A DNA stretch of 64,000 bases from positions 1 through 64,000 of the forward strand of contig MU004241.1 of NCBI GenBank assembly GCA_010405405.1. Reading direction: 5' to 3'. This stretch comes from Microthyrium microscopicum (lineage: Eukaryota). The notes beneath the pieces were generated by a model. The model saw nothing but the letters and a program-made list of their open reading frames with translations, ran no database searches and had not been told where the DNA came from. This document shows, piece by piece, positions 12,581-23,852 of this stretch. The first letter of the stretch is position 1; each line of letters starts with the position of its first letter. The position numbers were made by a program, and so were the translations under genes.

Positions 12581-13995
12581 TCAATCTTCGAGACCTGGAT
12601 ATGGAGGATCCTCTCCAATCTCCCTGTAGGTCTCGTTCAGTCGTTGTCTCATACCCTCCAGCATTACTCGACCAATTCTCTCACCTTGATGATGACGGAA
12701 CCACTGGCTGCATGGGCCCTCCGATACCAATTGCATTATTGCTGATTCAGTATTACCTGCTGTGTTCGGCGGTATGTACCTAATGAAAGTTCCTTGCGTG
12801 GTATTCCAGATATCGACTCCAGTGATGATTGCTCGGATCTCAACTGTGGGTGACAACACGTTATAGGTCAGTGTTGTTTCGATCGAGGAGTCGCGCGCAA
12901 ACGCAAGGCTGTATGTCATGCCGGGGTTTCCAGCGTCGCCACAGATGGCGGTTTTGCACCCGTCAGAGACATCAAGCTGATTAGGACGGACCCTGATATT
13001 GTCGAAGGCGGCGATCAGAGAAGAAGGGGTGGGATGATTTGCTAGATCTTCAAGTTCCTTAATACGAAGAGCCTGCGGTGTGCTCTCTGATTGACCGAGC
13101 TGTAGCCTCTGGATCTCTTGATCTTTTTCAGAGCAGCTGTGTGTGATGGTTTCGAGATTTCCTTCAAGTTCTAAAACCCGTGCCTCGATGGACTCCAGCG
13201 TATGAAGTTTTTCCCTCTGAGTTTGGCAGATCTCACGAAGGCTTCGAAGTTCTGCAGACTCGGCATCGCTGAGCGAGTTCGAGTTTGGGGGAGCGCCTGA
13301 TATCGGTCAGTGGCTATCAAATGTAATGGCTTCCATGACAGTCGGACAGAATCGTTATCTCTGGGAGCCATCGACTGCGATGGAGACCATCGCAGTCGCG
13401 GACAGAACCGTCATCTCTGGGAGCCATCGACTGCGATAGTTTCCATCGCAGTCGCGGACAGAACCGTCATCTCTGGGCGCCATCGACTCCGATGCTTTCC
13501 ATGGCAGTCGCGGACGGACTCGTTATCTCTGGGGCCCATCGACTGCGATGGTTTCCATGGTAGTCGCGGACAGAACCGTCATCTCTGGGAGCCATCGACT
13601 GCGATGGTTTCCATGGCAGTCGCGGACAGATTCTTACCTTGATTTTGAGCTGCAGCCAACTGGTATTGAGACTTGATCTTCACCACAGCGCGTCCTAGCT
13701 CTTTGATTCCCCATCCGTGAGAGTCTTCTGGCATTCCAATCACAGCGTACAGGTCGTCGGTCGTTTCATCATCCTCTGGCTTCCAGAACTTGTCATCATC
13801 AACTTCGGCGCCAAGAATCCCCAATGCTACTAAATCAGGTACGACTGTGTGGAGGGCCTGCTTCGCTCGGCTTGCAGCACCGCTGGTTGTGGCGCGCGAC
13901 TGGGTCAGCTTGATCAACTCAGCAAGCCTTTCTCCCTTCGCAGTAACTCGGTCCGAAAGGCTCAAACTGGAAAGATTTTGTTGATGCGCCATCAT
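12581..13995 (-). CDS. Orphan coiled-coil protein, ~357 aa, 2 exons (13995-13638, 13296-12581)
   Basis: ORFs 13579-13995 and 12581-12919 join in frame across a GTAAG...CTGAC...CAG intron (13637-13297). Exon 2 is open throughout and has a heptad-like segment (ELRSLREICQTQREKLHTLESIEARVLELEGNLE). Confidence 0.75.
13335..13630. repeat. Intronic 56-bp minisatellite, ~5 copies, each with an internal hairpin
   Basis: 'gtcgcggac' at 13395, 13451, 13507, 13563 and 13619. The unit contains cgactgcgatgg-NNN-ccatcgcagtcg (12-bp stem). Confidence 0.95.
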
Positions 13996-14081
13996 GAAGC
14001 TGATTCAGACTTGTCGAGGCGTTGTGGGCCAGATCGGGAAGGGCGGTGGATTATTGTCAAGTTGAGTTTTCTGGCTTCTTC

Positions 14082-14147
14082 TTTAGGATGTAGCGACTCT
14101 GAAGTGGCCGCAGATCGAAGATTTGTCGTCTGTGGCAGAGTAAAATC
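14082..14147 (-). promoter_or_regulatory. Shared upstream element, copy A (inverted repeat of 16332-16397)
   Basis: Reverse complement matches 16332-16397 at 61/66 nt. Ends ~87 nt upstream of the ATG at 13995. The repeat is certain; the regulatory role is inferred. Confidence 0.6.
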
Positions 14148-14671
14148 GTGCAATGGCCCAGAGAGAAAGGGAAGCAGACAAGCAAGACGCAGGCATAAAA
14201 GTCGTGGGGCAAAAACTTCGAAGGACACAGCTTGGAAGATACCAAAAAGGAAGGAACAAAACCCAAACTTCCCCAAGTAAAACATCAGCAGCCATAAAAA
14301 CTACCCTCCAGCTAATCTCGTAACGAGCCGCGTTGCGCTCCAAAACGCATTTCAGGAGGCATAGAAGCTCATCATCATCTTGATCCGCGTTGAGAAAGAT
14401 TAGCGTAGTAGATTGTAGGTACTATGTGACTAGTATGAAATTTATCCCCTCTTGCATTACCCCCCCAGGCCGGATCATAATTGCGACTATAACGAGATTT
14501 GATACTTTTGAATGCATTACGCCACACCTTTGAACCTGATTCATCCGCACAAAAACATGATATGAAGCCACCACCCGCTTCTGGGTTCACTCCGCCTGAG
14601 ATACCGTAACTCCCATCACGCGCGAAATGAGGTCGCCGAGCTTCCTAATGGAATGGGAGCAGAGATTGGCG

Positions 14672-15670
14672 TCATTCGGCCTCGTCGGTGCTATCGGTGG
14701 GAGGATTGGTCCAGGTCAAGCCGAGCTCAGATGACCAGTAGACGCAATGATGCCCGTTGCGTTCGCAGAAATCACACGGGCCCAGCTGATTTGTCCATGG
14801 GTAAGACGCTGAGCCTCGGTTTTTGGAGTGGACCTTCACGCATTTCGTACGGTGATTGAGGTTCACCTGGTAGTTGTTCTGAGCCGTGATATGACTCATG
14901 CCGGCAAGGACCTCGATTAGATCATTGGAGAGGATGGTTTCACCTTCAAGCCAGACTGCTCGATCTGTGTGCGTCATGGAACTCCAGCCGTGAGGTACAA
15001 GCATGGAGACATGAGTAGAATTGCGTAGGCTTGCAGTGTTTGCTGTTGCTGCAGGGACGGCTCTTCTTCTTGGGGTCGCTTGGGTTCTTTGGGTCTGAGT
15101 ATTACCCGTTGTGGCATTGCCGTTCGAGGCACGCGATTGCTGTAAAAAGGGACGTCGAGGTGTGGGTCCCATTACATGGGCTCCTGTCATAGTCGGCAGT
15201 TCACTGCTTGGTGGCTGGGTGCGTTGGCGTAATCTGGAAACATGCTGAGCTCCTTCGTCATCCTCTTCGTCCTCCTCTTCTTCTTCATCAGTTGCCTCTC
15301 TCCTCCTCTTCTGACCTGGAGTCGGGCCAGGCTCGTGGCCAAGTGATCTCAACTGCTGCTTCAAGGCATAGCATTGTGTCTCAAGTTCCCCGATTCGGCC
15401 ATCTCGCTGGACAACCTGCTGCTGCAGCTGCCGAATCCCTTGTCTGAACTGCTGCTCTTTCGCATCATACCAGACCCGCTTCTCTTTGCGGTAGCTGACG
15501 ACCCTTCTCAAGACTCCAGCCAAATTATCGCTCAGGTTTGTTACATCCATCATGGCCTGGGTTACGAAGGCTTCGTTAGGTCTGGACCAGCCTTGGCCCT
15601 TTCCCAATCGGTTGGAGATGTCACGGAAATCCCGGAGGTGGTTCGTCAGGGAGTCGATGATGTGATCCAT
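14672..15670 (-). CDS. Orphan protein, 332 aa: coiled coil, basic (KRRR) plus acidic tract, C-terminal Cys/His putative zinc-binding domain
   Basis: Intact ATG-to-stop ORF; C-terminus CVKVH...CDFCERNGHHC. Confidence 0.75.
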   Translation of the reverse strand: MDHIIDSLTNHLRDFRDISNRLGKGQGWSRPNEAFVTQAMMDVTNLSDNLAGVLRRVVSYRKEKRVWYDAKEQQFRQGIRQLQQQVVQRDGRIGELETQCYALKQQLRSLGHEPGPTPGQKRRREATDEEEEEDEEDDEGAQHVSRLRQRTQPPSSELPTMTGAHVMGPTPRRPFLQQSRASNGNATTGNTQTQRTQATPRRRAVPAATANTASLRNSTHVSMLVPHGWSSMTHTDRAVWLEGETILSNDLIEVLAGMSHITAQNNYQVNLNHRTKCVKVHSKNRGSASYPWTNQLGPCDFCERNGHHCVYWSSELGLTWTNPPTDSTDEAE

Positions 15671-16331
15671 GGCAGCTGCAATCGAGAGGATGCAATGGGT
15701 GGGAGGAGACTTGCTTGGAAGGAGAGGATCTGATGAGACGAGAAGCCGTGGTCGGTGGTCACTGTATGGTAGGCCAGCGAATCTGGTAGTAGCAAAGGCC
15801 CTTGCTCGGAAGAAGAGGATCTGATGGGAAGAAGGAGTTTCGGTTCGTGATGGTTTGCGTCGTAGGCCAGGAGCCCTTGTGGGAGCCAGAGAACTCGATG
15901 CCGATTATGGCATTCGAAGGGACTTGAGAAGAAGGACAAGATCACAGAGAGAAGCTTTATGGTACTGCTGTGATTCCAGGTGATGCTGACGATTGGGTAA
16001 AAGGTCAGGCTCGCCTTCGAATTGAGGGGCGAGTTCTGGGCGTGCTGCCATTCGCAGCCAATTCTTCTGGCGATACTAGAATTGCAGCATTGCTGTGGCC
16101 AGCTCAGAGGAAGTTACACCCCTCTTGGTCCTGGCAGCAACGACAGCCTTGTTGGTGGGGGATGGTGGCGGCTCTTTCTTCTGATCATGGCACTCCTTTC
16201 CTCTGATCATGGCGGCTCTTTCCTCTCACCGCGACAGTTCCGCCTTCCCATCACCCCAACAATTCACCTTCTGGCCTTTGACTGGCACTCTTTTCTTCTT
16301 TTTGCTTTGCTTCCTCTTTGGGCCAATTCGG

Positions 16332-16397
16332 GATTTTACTGTGCCACAGACGACAAAGTTTTGATCTGCGGCCACTTCAGAATCGCTACATCCTAAA
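16332..16397 (+). promoter_or_regulatory. Shared upstream element, copy B
   Basis: Inverted copy of 14082-14147, ending ~39 nt upstream of the ATG at 16436. Confidence 0.6.
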
Positions 16398-16435
16398 TAG
16401 CTCAAAGCTCATTGCATCCCCTCAATCCAGTAGCC

Positions 16436-17876
16436 ATGGAAGCAGCCTCGACAACTCCACGATTCTTCTGCAAAGAGCAAGAAGCAATGCACCAGGCCTT
16501 CACGACTGGAGGTATGATGACTGCCTGACTACCATAGCACTACCATAACTCACGAGAAACAGGGTGTCAAGGCCTAATTGATTATCTTTTCCTGCTAGAT
16601 CAAGAGATCTGGCCCCCCGCTACGGAAACTCCTCTTTTGATAGCGCTTAAATCTCCGTCATCCCTCCAAACCACGGTGGCTATGATGAACGAGATCTTAC
16701 TCTCCATTCCGAGCAGCGTCATAGAGTCCCTCATACTATGCGCTCCGAATTTCAAGGAGAACTTGTGGCTGCTTCCGAAGCCAATTCAGCCAAGGCTGAC
16801 TGGACCACCTGACCTAGGACGGAAGCCTTCTGGTGCGCAATCCAAACCTCTTCCTACTTGGAGTAACTGGCCTTGCATCTACATTGTTTCCCACGCAGAT
16901 CACACCAGTAAGGCTCCATCCCGTGACGTTTACGAGAGAGCCCACCAGAGATTGATTGGTATGTCAAGATCGTAGCCATCGAACTCGACAGAAGCCCTCG
17001 AAGCGGAAGGCACACCACTGACAGTAAGCAGATTACTCTAGAAATCAAGATGAGATCGACCCAGCCTCGCAAGGTGAGGCTCGCAAGATGCGGTCGAAAA
17101 TCGATAACGCCATAACTACGGGCAGCTCAAAAGGTGAACACAAGTATGCCGCCACCGACGCTGATCAAAAGACGTGGCGCGCTTGGTGCAACGGGTTCGA
17201 GAAACGACTGAACAGCATGCCTGTGACAGATGTGACAAGAAGTCAGCCCCTTCCCTGGATTTTATCCCACGTAGGATACACGCACGACGCACCAAAGAGA
17301 AGCGTAGATCACGGAAGACAGATCAACAGTAATCGCCTCATGAATGGGACCGAAGCTGCTGTCCTCGTAGAAGAGGGGCAATGGCGACAGTCCTCCATGC
17401 AGTTCCAGGTTCTATGCCACATGCCTTCACAGTATCATGCCACGATAGCCGAGCACATAATCTCGTTGATCTCATTTTCTTACTGCCAGTTTGGAGGCTT
17501 CAACTACGCCATTGGTGGCAAGCACATCTACAGTGCATCACGCGTGCCTGGATGGTTCTACAATCTTGTGGCGAAGAGGATCAAGTCTTCGGAAGTCTAC
17601 CATGAGAATGAAGAGCTTGAAATCAAGCTGGCAGACGCCAAAAGGCAAGCGGCCCAGGCCAAGGAGGCCGGGGAGAAAAGGTTGGCAGACGCCAAAGTTG
17701 TTGAAGAGCAGGAGGCTGAGTTGAGACGGCTCACCGAGCAAGAAGAGGCGCTGGAAACCATTCTAGCCAATCTTGAACAGAACCATGATCCGGATGTAGC
17801 GGTATTGGCAGTGATGGATAAACTCATTGGGTGCTTGGAAGACTTCATCCGTGAGGAGGAGGAGCTAGAGTTGTGA
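16436..17876 (+). CDS. Putative GIY-YIG-like nuclease with C-terminal coiled coil, ~426 aa, 3 exons (16436-16511, 16599-16958, 17032-17876)
   Basis: Two GT-AG introns with branch sites (CTAAT, CTGAC) join the ORFs in frame. Motifs in order: PCIY, HVGYT, KR..DH, IAEH, GGFN, resembling GIY / YIG / Arg / Glu / Asn of the GIY-YIG fold. Gene model is firmer than the functional call. Confidence 0.6.
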
Positions 17877-18119
17877 CCGGCGGCGAAATGATGGCGAGCT
17901 GTGCCTTACAGGTGGAGGACTTCTACTGGTGCTTGATAATGAGCAGGTTATCGGACTAAGTATGTAAAAATGGTTCAATGCGTGGGAAGAGTCAGAGGTA
18001 GCAATAATCATCATAACAGCGCAAGGTTGCGCGTTCATTGTTCATTACTGACAAGAACTCAATGCCGCCGTGGCAGCCCATTACTAACCCCATCATTCTA
18101 CGCAAAGCTTTCGTAACCC

Positions 18120-18684
18120 TCAAGCCATCGAGGGAAAGAGGTTGACGATATCCGTGCTGACGGTTGCCTCCTCGAGCGCAAGCCTCAACTCATCGAGCTC
18201 CACGAAATCACCCTCTTTGTAACCTTCACCAACGATATTCTTGTTCCAATCCTCCTCAAAGCAAGCAAAATCCTGAGTGATCTTGGCGCTGAGCCGGTTG
18301 CAGGCTTCTCGGGCTCTCGAGATGGTTTCCGCGAAGAAGACGGCGCGTTGCGCAATGCCGCGATAGCGCTGTTCAGTTGCCCACAAGGTGTTCTGAAATA
18401 AAGTTAGCACGGCCTTCCTTACTTGATTGCTCAACGGAGATACTAACATCGTCTGGCGCGCATGCGAGTTCGACTTGTAGTTTCTTGAATTGCTTCGCGA
18501 GCTCAGCATAGCGGCCAATTTCCGCTTGCATTCGAACCTTGCGCTCGTTGAGCTGATCGAGGGGAGTTGGCTCCGGTGTGGTGAAGGCAGTTTCGTCATG
18601 GTTCTGTGGTTTGGTCTCGTTGTGAGGGCTCTGCGCATCGGGCGATACGCCAGTTTCGATTTTTGTAGGGTCGGCGTCGGCCAT
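18120..18684 (-). CDS. Orphan helical protein, ~169 aa, 2 exons
   Basis: MADADPTK...APDD joined to NTLWATEQRY... by a 55-bp intron 18447-18393 (GTTAGT...GCTAAC...CAG). Confidence 0.7.
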
Positions 18685-19444
18685 GGTGAATGGGATTGAT
18701 GGTTTGGAAAGTTTTCGTGTGAGGGAGTGCAGGTGGTAGAGTTGAAGGTTTTGGAGCGACTTTGCGTGCTGCAAGTGGGGGGATGAATTCGGGCCCCGGG
18801 CACCCTTTTAAAATTGCACTGCTGAGGCGCGCGGGTTTTGTGGCAAGTGATTGCGCTGCAGCTCCAAGAGGAAAGTACGAAAGAGCAAAACTTGACCTGG
18901 AAAGAACGAAGGTCGACAGCAAAAAGCGATCAAAGCCACCTCAGCTGTAACTCTCTTTTTGGTCTCGTGGCTCACGAATCGAAAGCCACCTGCAGTTTTA
19001 TAGAGGTGCCATCAGTTCAAAGTGAATGGTGGGACCAATTTCAATTTAATGGCGCTACAGAGGTACGCCCTTGTAGCCAATCCACCAATCAAAGCATGAT
19101 CACTGTGATTTTGACAACGCCCAGCAAAGCTTATTTCAACGACAATTCACCAGAAACGCGGGAAATTGTAAGCAACGAGTCGTGGAGGAGAAGGATTATC
19201 AAAGCAAGCAATTATTAGAACTAGAAAAGACTTTTAACCAAGGACGAGTCCGAGGCTTCTACGGAGTGCCACTAAAGAAAAGAGCAGAGGCATCCAACCG
19301 AACAGAAGTTTGCTGCATGCAGCATCATTGTACTCCGCCCCTTGATAAGAGGCTAAGAGCTGGAAGCCAGTCGTGATTCAACAAGTAGGAATCACATCAC
19401 TGCTATCACAAGTCCAGCATCTTGTCGTCCAAAAAAGCAACTCT

Positions 19445-20470
19445 CTACCAACCCTGAGATTTCAAAACCTCGTCAACCTTCTTGAAGTGGATGTCAATGG
19501 TTTTGAGTCCCTCCTCAACGGCTTTGACATTCGACACACCGGCGATCTGAATGAAGGCTTCCATTCTGTCGGAGCGTGTGGTCAGCATCGAAGTGGCCTT
19601 ATCAATGACACCTAGTTGGTCATCTAGATTAACCTATTGAGATTGTTAGCGGCTGGCTTATCAGGACTCTGAAGGACTTACAATCCCCCGATAGCTCGTG
19701 TCGAGTGGCGGCAGGTCAGCCGCAGACCGCGTCACTGCTGATACGGCTCTGGAGAACGCTGCATCATGCTGGGTGGTCTTGCCAATCACAGCCGCCCGCT
19801 TTTCATAGCGAGAAGGCTGGACAGGTCCTGGCTTCTGGTGTGCGGGAGACTGGGCTAACGGCTGCTGAGTAACCGTGGGTTGCTGAAAGGTTGAAGTCCA
19901 ACTCTGCTGGTGCTGTCCAAAGGCATTGGCAGAAGACAGATCTTGCTGAGGTTGGGTTGAATCGAAATACGGACTAACTTGGCTCATGCCAAGACTCTGA
20001 CCTCCTCCTTGAGTCGGGATGGATTGCGGCTGCTGACGCGGAGCTGGAGTCAACGACGCCGGACCACGGCTCGTAGGGATCTGAGGATGGACTTGAGGCG
20101 TCTGGGAGTTGGAGAGTGTAAGTGGCGATGACTGACCAAGTTGGCGACGGCTAGCTTGAGTATTGCGAACCGAGGAGGGCCCAGACTCTACCTTTTGACG
20201 CTTTTGATTTTCGAACTTGCTGTGATCAATGGGATAGGCCTGAGGGTCTCGCTTGGCACCAGGAGTAGACAGAATTCTATTTCATATGGCAAGTATTCGA
20301 GTGGGATGAGTCGATCGAAACTGCTAAGAAGATGGATGGTCTTCCACGACCTGTGTCAGAAGTTCTCTAATACCCAGGTGATCACGGAGAGAACCCCTTT
20401 CTCAATACTAGAGCTGAGCGGAAAGAAATCTTCCTCGTACATTACTTTACCGTCCGTCTCCTTGTCAAAG
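19445..20470 (-). pseudogene. Q/P/S-rich orphan gene, 5' part disrupted
   Basis: Frame of ORF 19661-20053 extends upstream but meets TGA and TAG near 20285 and 20325. An intron (~19681-19634, GTAAGT...GCTAAC...TAG) leads to a last exon VNLDDQLGVIDKATSML...KSQGW*. No start codon found. Confidence 0.55.
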
Positions 20471-20616
20471 CTATAATTGTTAGTTTATATCATTCACAGG
20501 GAAGGAAAGGACAATACAATGAATTAATAGCGTCAACTATAGTTTACGAGATAGTACGAATCTCTAACTTTTAGAGTAAGATACTTCTACGCCAAAATAT
20601 ATTCCGGTAAGCGCTG

Positions 20617-22109
20617 CTAATACGTAGCCAAAATACAAGTAAAAGTGCCCACCCATAGCGCAATCAATGATACAGACGATGGGGACAGCACTGAAGCAGC
20701 AGATTTTGCAGGGGTGGACAAAGCAGAGCTTTCACCAGCCGCTTCAATTGGTGCCCATGATGAGCTGGGTGAGCCTTGATACTGACTTCCAGCTGGATTG
20801 GATTGAAGTCCGGGCGCGTGGCCTGCACCCTGGGTCATATATTTTGTTGCCAGCTGTGGAATGACTGGCAGTGAAGCGTTGACTTGCCAATTGGCCCCTT
20901 CAGGTGGACAAGCACTAGCTTTGTTTTCCGGTTTGTATCCTCCATTTCCTGAGGGCATTGGTGTGCTGTTAAAGGCGCTTTGAAGTGCAGCGAAGTCGGG
21001 TCTTGCCTTGACACTGGCTCCATTGATATCAACCACTCCATACCCAGCCCCAGGAAAGTCCTTTGAAAAGCCCTCCCAGGAATATTCGTAAACAAGCCCA
21101 CCGGAGTAAACAGGCGTCATATCAGAGGAATACAAGGGAGCCACATCACTGAAAATTCGTGGTTGAACTTTAATGCAGCCATACTCAGACAAGCTTTCGT
21201 ATGAAGTTAGAGACAGAGTCTTCTGGGAACATGTTTGCACTTACAACATAGGGGCACTGTAGTTGTTGAAGAGCTTGACTTTACCAGCCCATGTAGAGGC
21301 TGAAAATGATTGTGGACCACACCAAGAATAATCATTGAAACCGATAAAATCAGTCCTTACTTTATCTGGTCCACAGTTGAGATATGTGGCTATTTCATAG
21401 TGCGTTTCTTCAACATCTGTTGCTGCGTAGCCTACTGGAATCGTTCTGTATTTTCGAGCTGCAATGTACGCCTTCATATCTCGAATTAAAGCTTTAATGT
21501 AGGGAGCGGACCAAGTCTCTGTTTTTGTGATCACTTCATTGGCGGCGAAAAAGGCTAGAAGGTTGTCGTATTTGGAAAATGTGTCTATTGTTGCAAAAAC
21601 GCTCTGCAAGTAGACGTCACTGTAAGATCTTCTCATCGTCTCACGGTCTTGTCGATTGAGTGAGTACTTGGGAGAGTTGACGTCGACTGCCAGATATATG
21701 CCAGCATCTGCGAGTTGTTTCATGCAATCATCATGGTTGGCGGAGTTGTCGACTGTGTAGACTCGGACAGTGTTTATGCCCAATTGCTGGAACTTCTGAA
21801 TGTCGCGTTTGCATCCAGCGGCATCTGCAAGCGGATCTTTCAAACCACCTTCACCGCCTGAGCCTGACATTACAATGTCAGCATGTAAAACCATGGACGC
21901 GGATATGCATACCAGGTTGATAATCCAGTCCACGAATGTAAAATCTGTTCTCTCCAGCAAAGAACGCTACCGAGATAATCAGCGAAATCAGTCTAAGATG
22001 AAAGTCTGGACAAACCATTTCCCTTGACGGCTATGGGTGGAGTACTTGCGCCGGCAACATGGTATCCAAAAGCCCAAATGATTGCAATACGTGTCTTGAG
22101 AATCTTCAT
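20617..22109 (-). CDS. GH72 beta-1,3-glucanosyltransferase (Gas/Gel family, no X8 domain), GPI-anchor type
   Basis: Signal peptide MKILKTRIAIIWAFG..., RFYIRGLDYQPG, DPLAD...C.RDI, GINTVRVYTVDNSANHDDCM, FAANEV, NDYSWCG, SEYGC, YSGGLVYEY, hydrophobic C-terminus; three short introns. Confidence 0.93.
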
Positions 22110-23169
22110 AACGGTCTTTGGGCGTTGTTTCACAAGAAAAATTGGTCGTTATCAGCACATAGAAGAAGAAAACGGAAATACAGAGAGAAGCTCACGAGGC
22201 AAAGTGCTGAAGTATTTCTATGAGATCCACTCATCATGTCTATTCTTGTCAATATAATTTTGGAGCCTCGGAATCCTTTGACAAGGAATAAAGATCCTTC
22301 CAATATAGAGTTGTGGGCTGAGTGGATTTAGCTGTGCGGCGTAGTTGATTTAAACTTTGACTCGCTTTTGGACAAAAATGTACTGCATCTTAAGAAACGC
22401 AAGCTGACCAATTCAACAACAAGAGTAGATGAACGGGGCGTACTCGGGTAGTTGAAGATAGGAGCATATTATACGGACGGGTAAACATCCCGTAATGGCG
22501 ATGCCATGGACTCGCAGGGTCAAATACGGTACCTGGCTGGAGGCTAGAAGGCTCCTGGAGGATTCGTTCTCGTAAAGACATCTTAAGCCTTCAAAATTTG
22601 ATAGGGAAGATGTTCTGAACATGAAGTTGAGTCATATAACCCTGTAGCTGAGTGTTGTTCTTTTTGGGAATATCGGTAATGGCAAGTGATAACGTTAAGG
22701 TAAATCCTTTTCCGACATGGAATTCATCCGCGTTTATGCTCTATTAAAATCCCGGAAAGACATCCTCGACCGACTGGAGTAGCCCAATGATGACTCCGCG
22801 TGGACAAAGGAGTTGTAGGAGAAGCGAGACTACCTCTCCGCGAGAAGTTGCCATCCGCAGTGCTCAGGCAACAAGCTTGCATTCTTGATTCGCTATGCTA
22901 TATCTCAAGCCTGACCGTTCTCAATTCCGTCCGACTGCTACCTCACCTCACACTCTGCAGAAGTTATGCTTTTGTGTCTTCCGTACAAGGAAGTAGCTCT
23001 AACCAATAGCTAAGCCTGGTGTAGGCATAGGATTGACTCGATTGAGGCAATTGCTTAGGACCTAGGATATCACCCGGCTCTCTTAGCAATGGCTATAAAA
23101 AACCGATAATGTAAGTGAACAGGTCAAACAGCTTCTGGTTTTGAACGCCGCTACCTAAAATCATCTAGA

Positions 23170-23852
23170 ATGTTACTCAAACATCTTTCATGCTTGGTCT
23201 CAACCATTTTTTTATTTCAGCAAAAAATCTCAGCATATTCAATTGTTACAACTCGACTACCATTGCCGACGTATCGGTCCCTGACACGGCTCTATTTAGA
23301 GCGGCAAGAAAACTCGCCTGTGCCAACTTGAAGGAGTCGACGGTCAATCATGCAACGAGAAGCTGGCTCTTTGCACCCATTCTGGCAAGTATCGTCCCCA
23401 CTTTCTCTAGGATCAATCCAGAGTCTTTGGCCATTGCCACGATTCTCCACGATCTCGGCCTCGACCATAGCAAATTTGTGTCCGGCGACAAACGGTTTGA
23501 AGTCGATGGAGCGTTTGCCGCAAAGGCACGGCTGTCTGACCAGCAAAAAGCAGGTATCACGTGTAGAAAGGATGATTATCAATTGCAGCTAATATGGGAC
23601 ACAGCCGCTCTTTACGCTGAGCCAAGCTTCTAACAACACAAAGAGCCAGTGGTTAGTGCTGTGAGTCTGGGAACTCCCTGTGACTTTGGTGGACTAAATA
23701 CGGATATCACGAAAACTTTGACTTGGAACCAATACAACGCTGTGGTTAAATTATTCTTGAGACTCGGCTTCTTCGAACCTATGACTGATAATATCAAAGG
23801 CTTCTGTGTAGAGAAAAAAGGGTTGTATACAGTATGCAGTGCAACAATCTGA
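23170..23852 (+). pseudogene. HD-domain metal-dependent hydrolase (cyanamide-hydratase-like superfamily), disrupted
   Basis: NHATRSWLFA, ILHDLG, DKRFEVDGA motifs. In-frame TAA at 23631-23633, reading continues QHKEPVV...; ends prematurely. Confidence 0.7.

Noticed and set aside
13335..13630. CRISPR-like palindromic repeat array
   Set aside because: No unique spacers, no cas genes, and it lies in a spliceosomal intron of a eukaryote.
14082..16397. Inverted repeats as TIRs of a small transposon
   Set aside because: No target-site duplication and no transposase between them.
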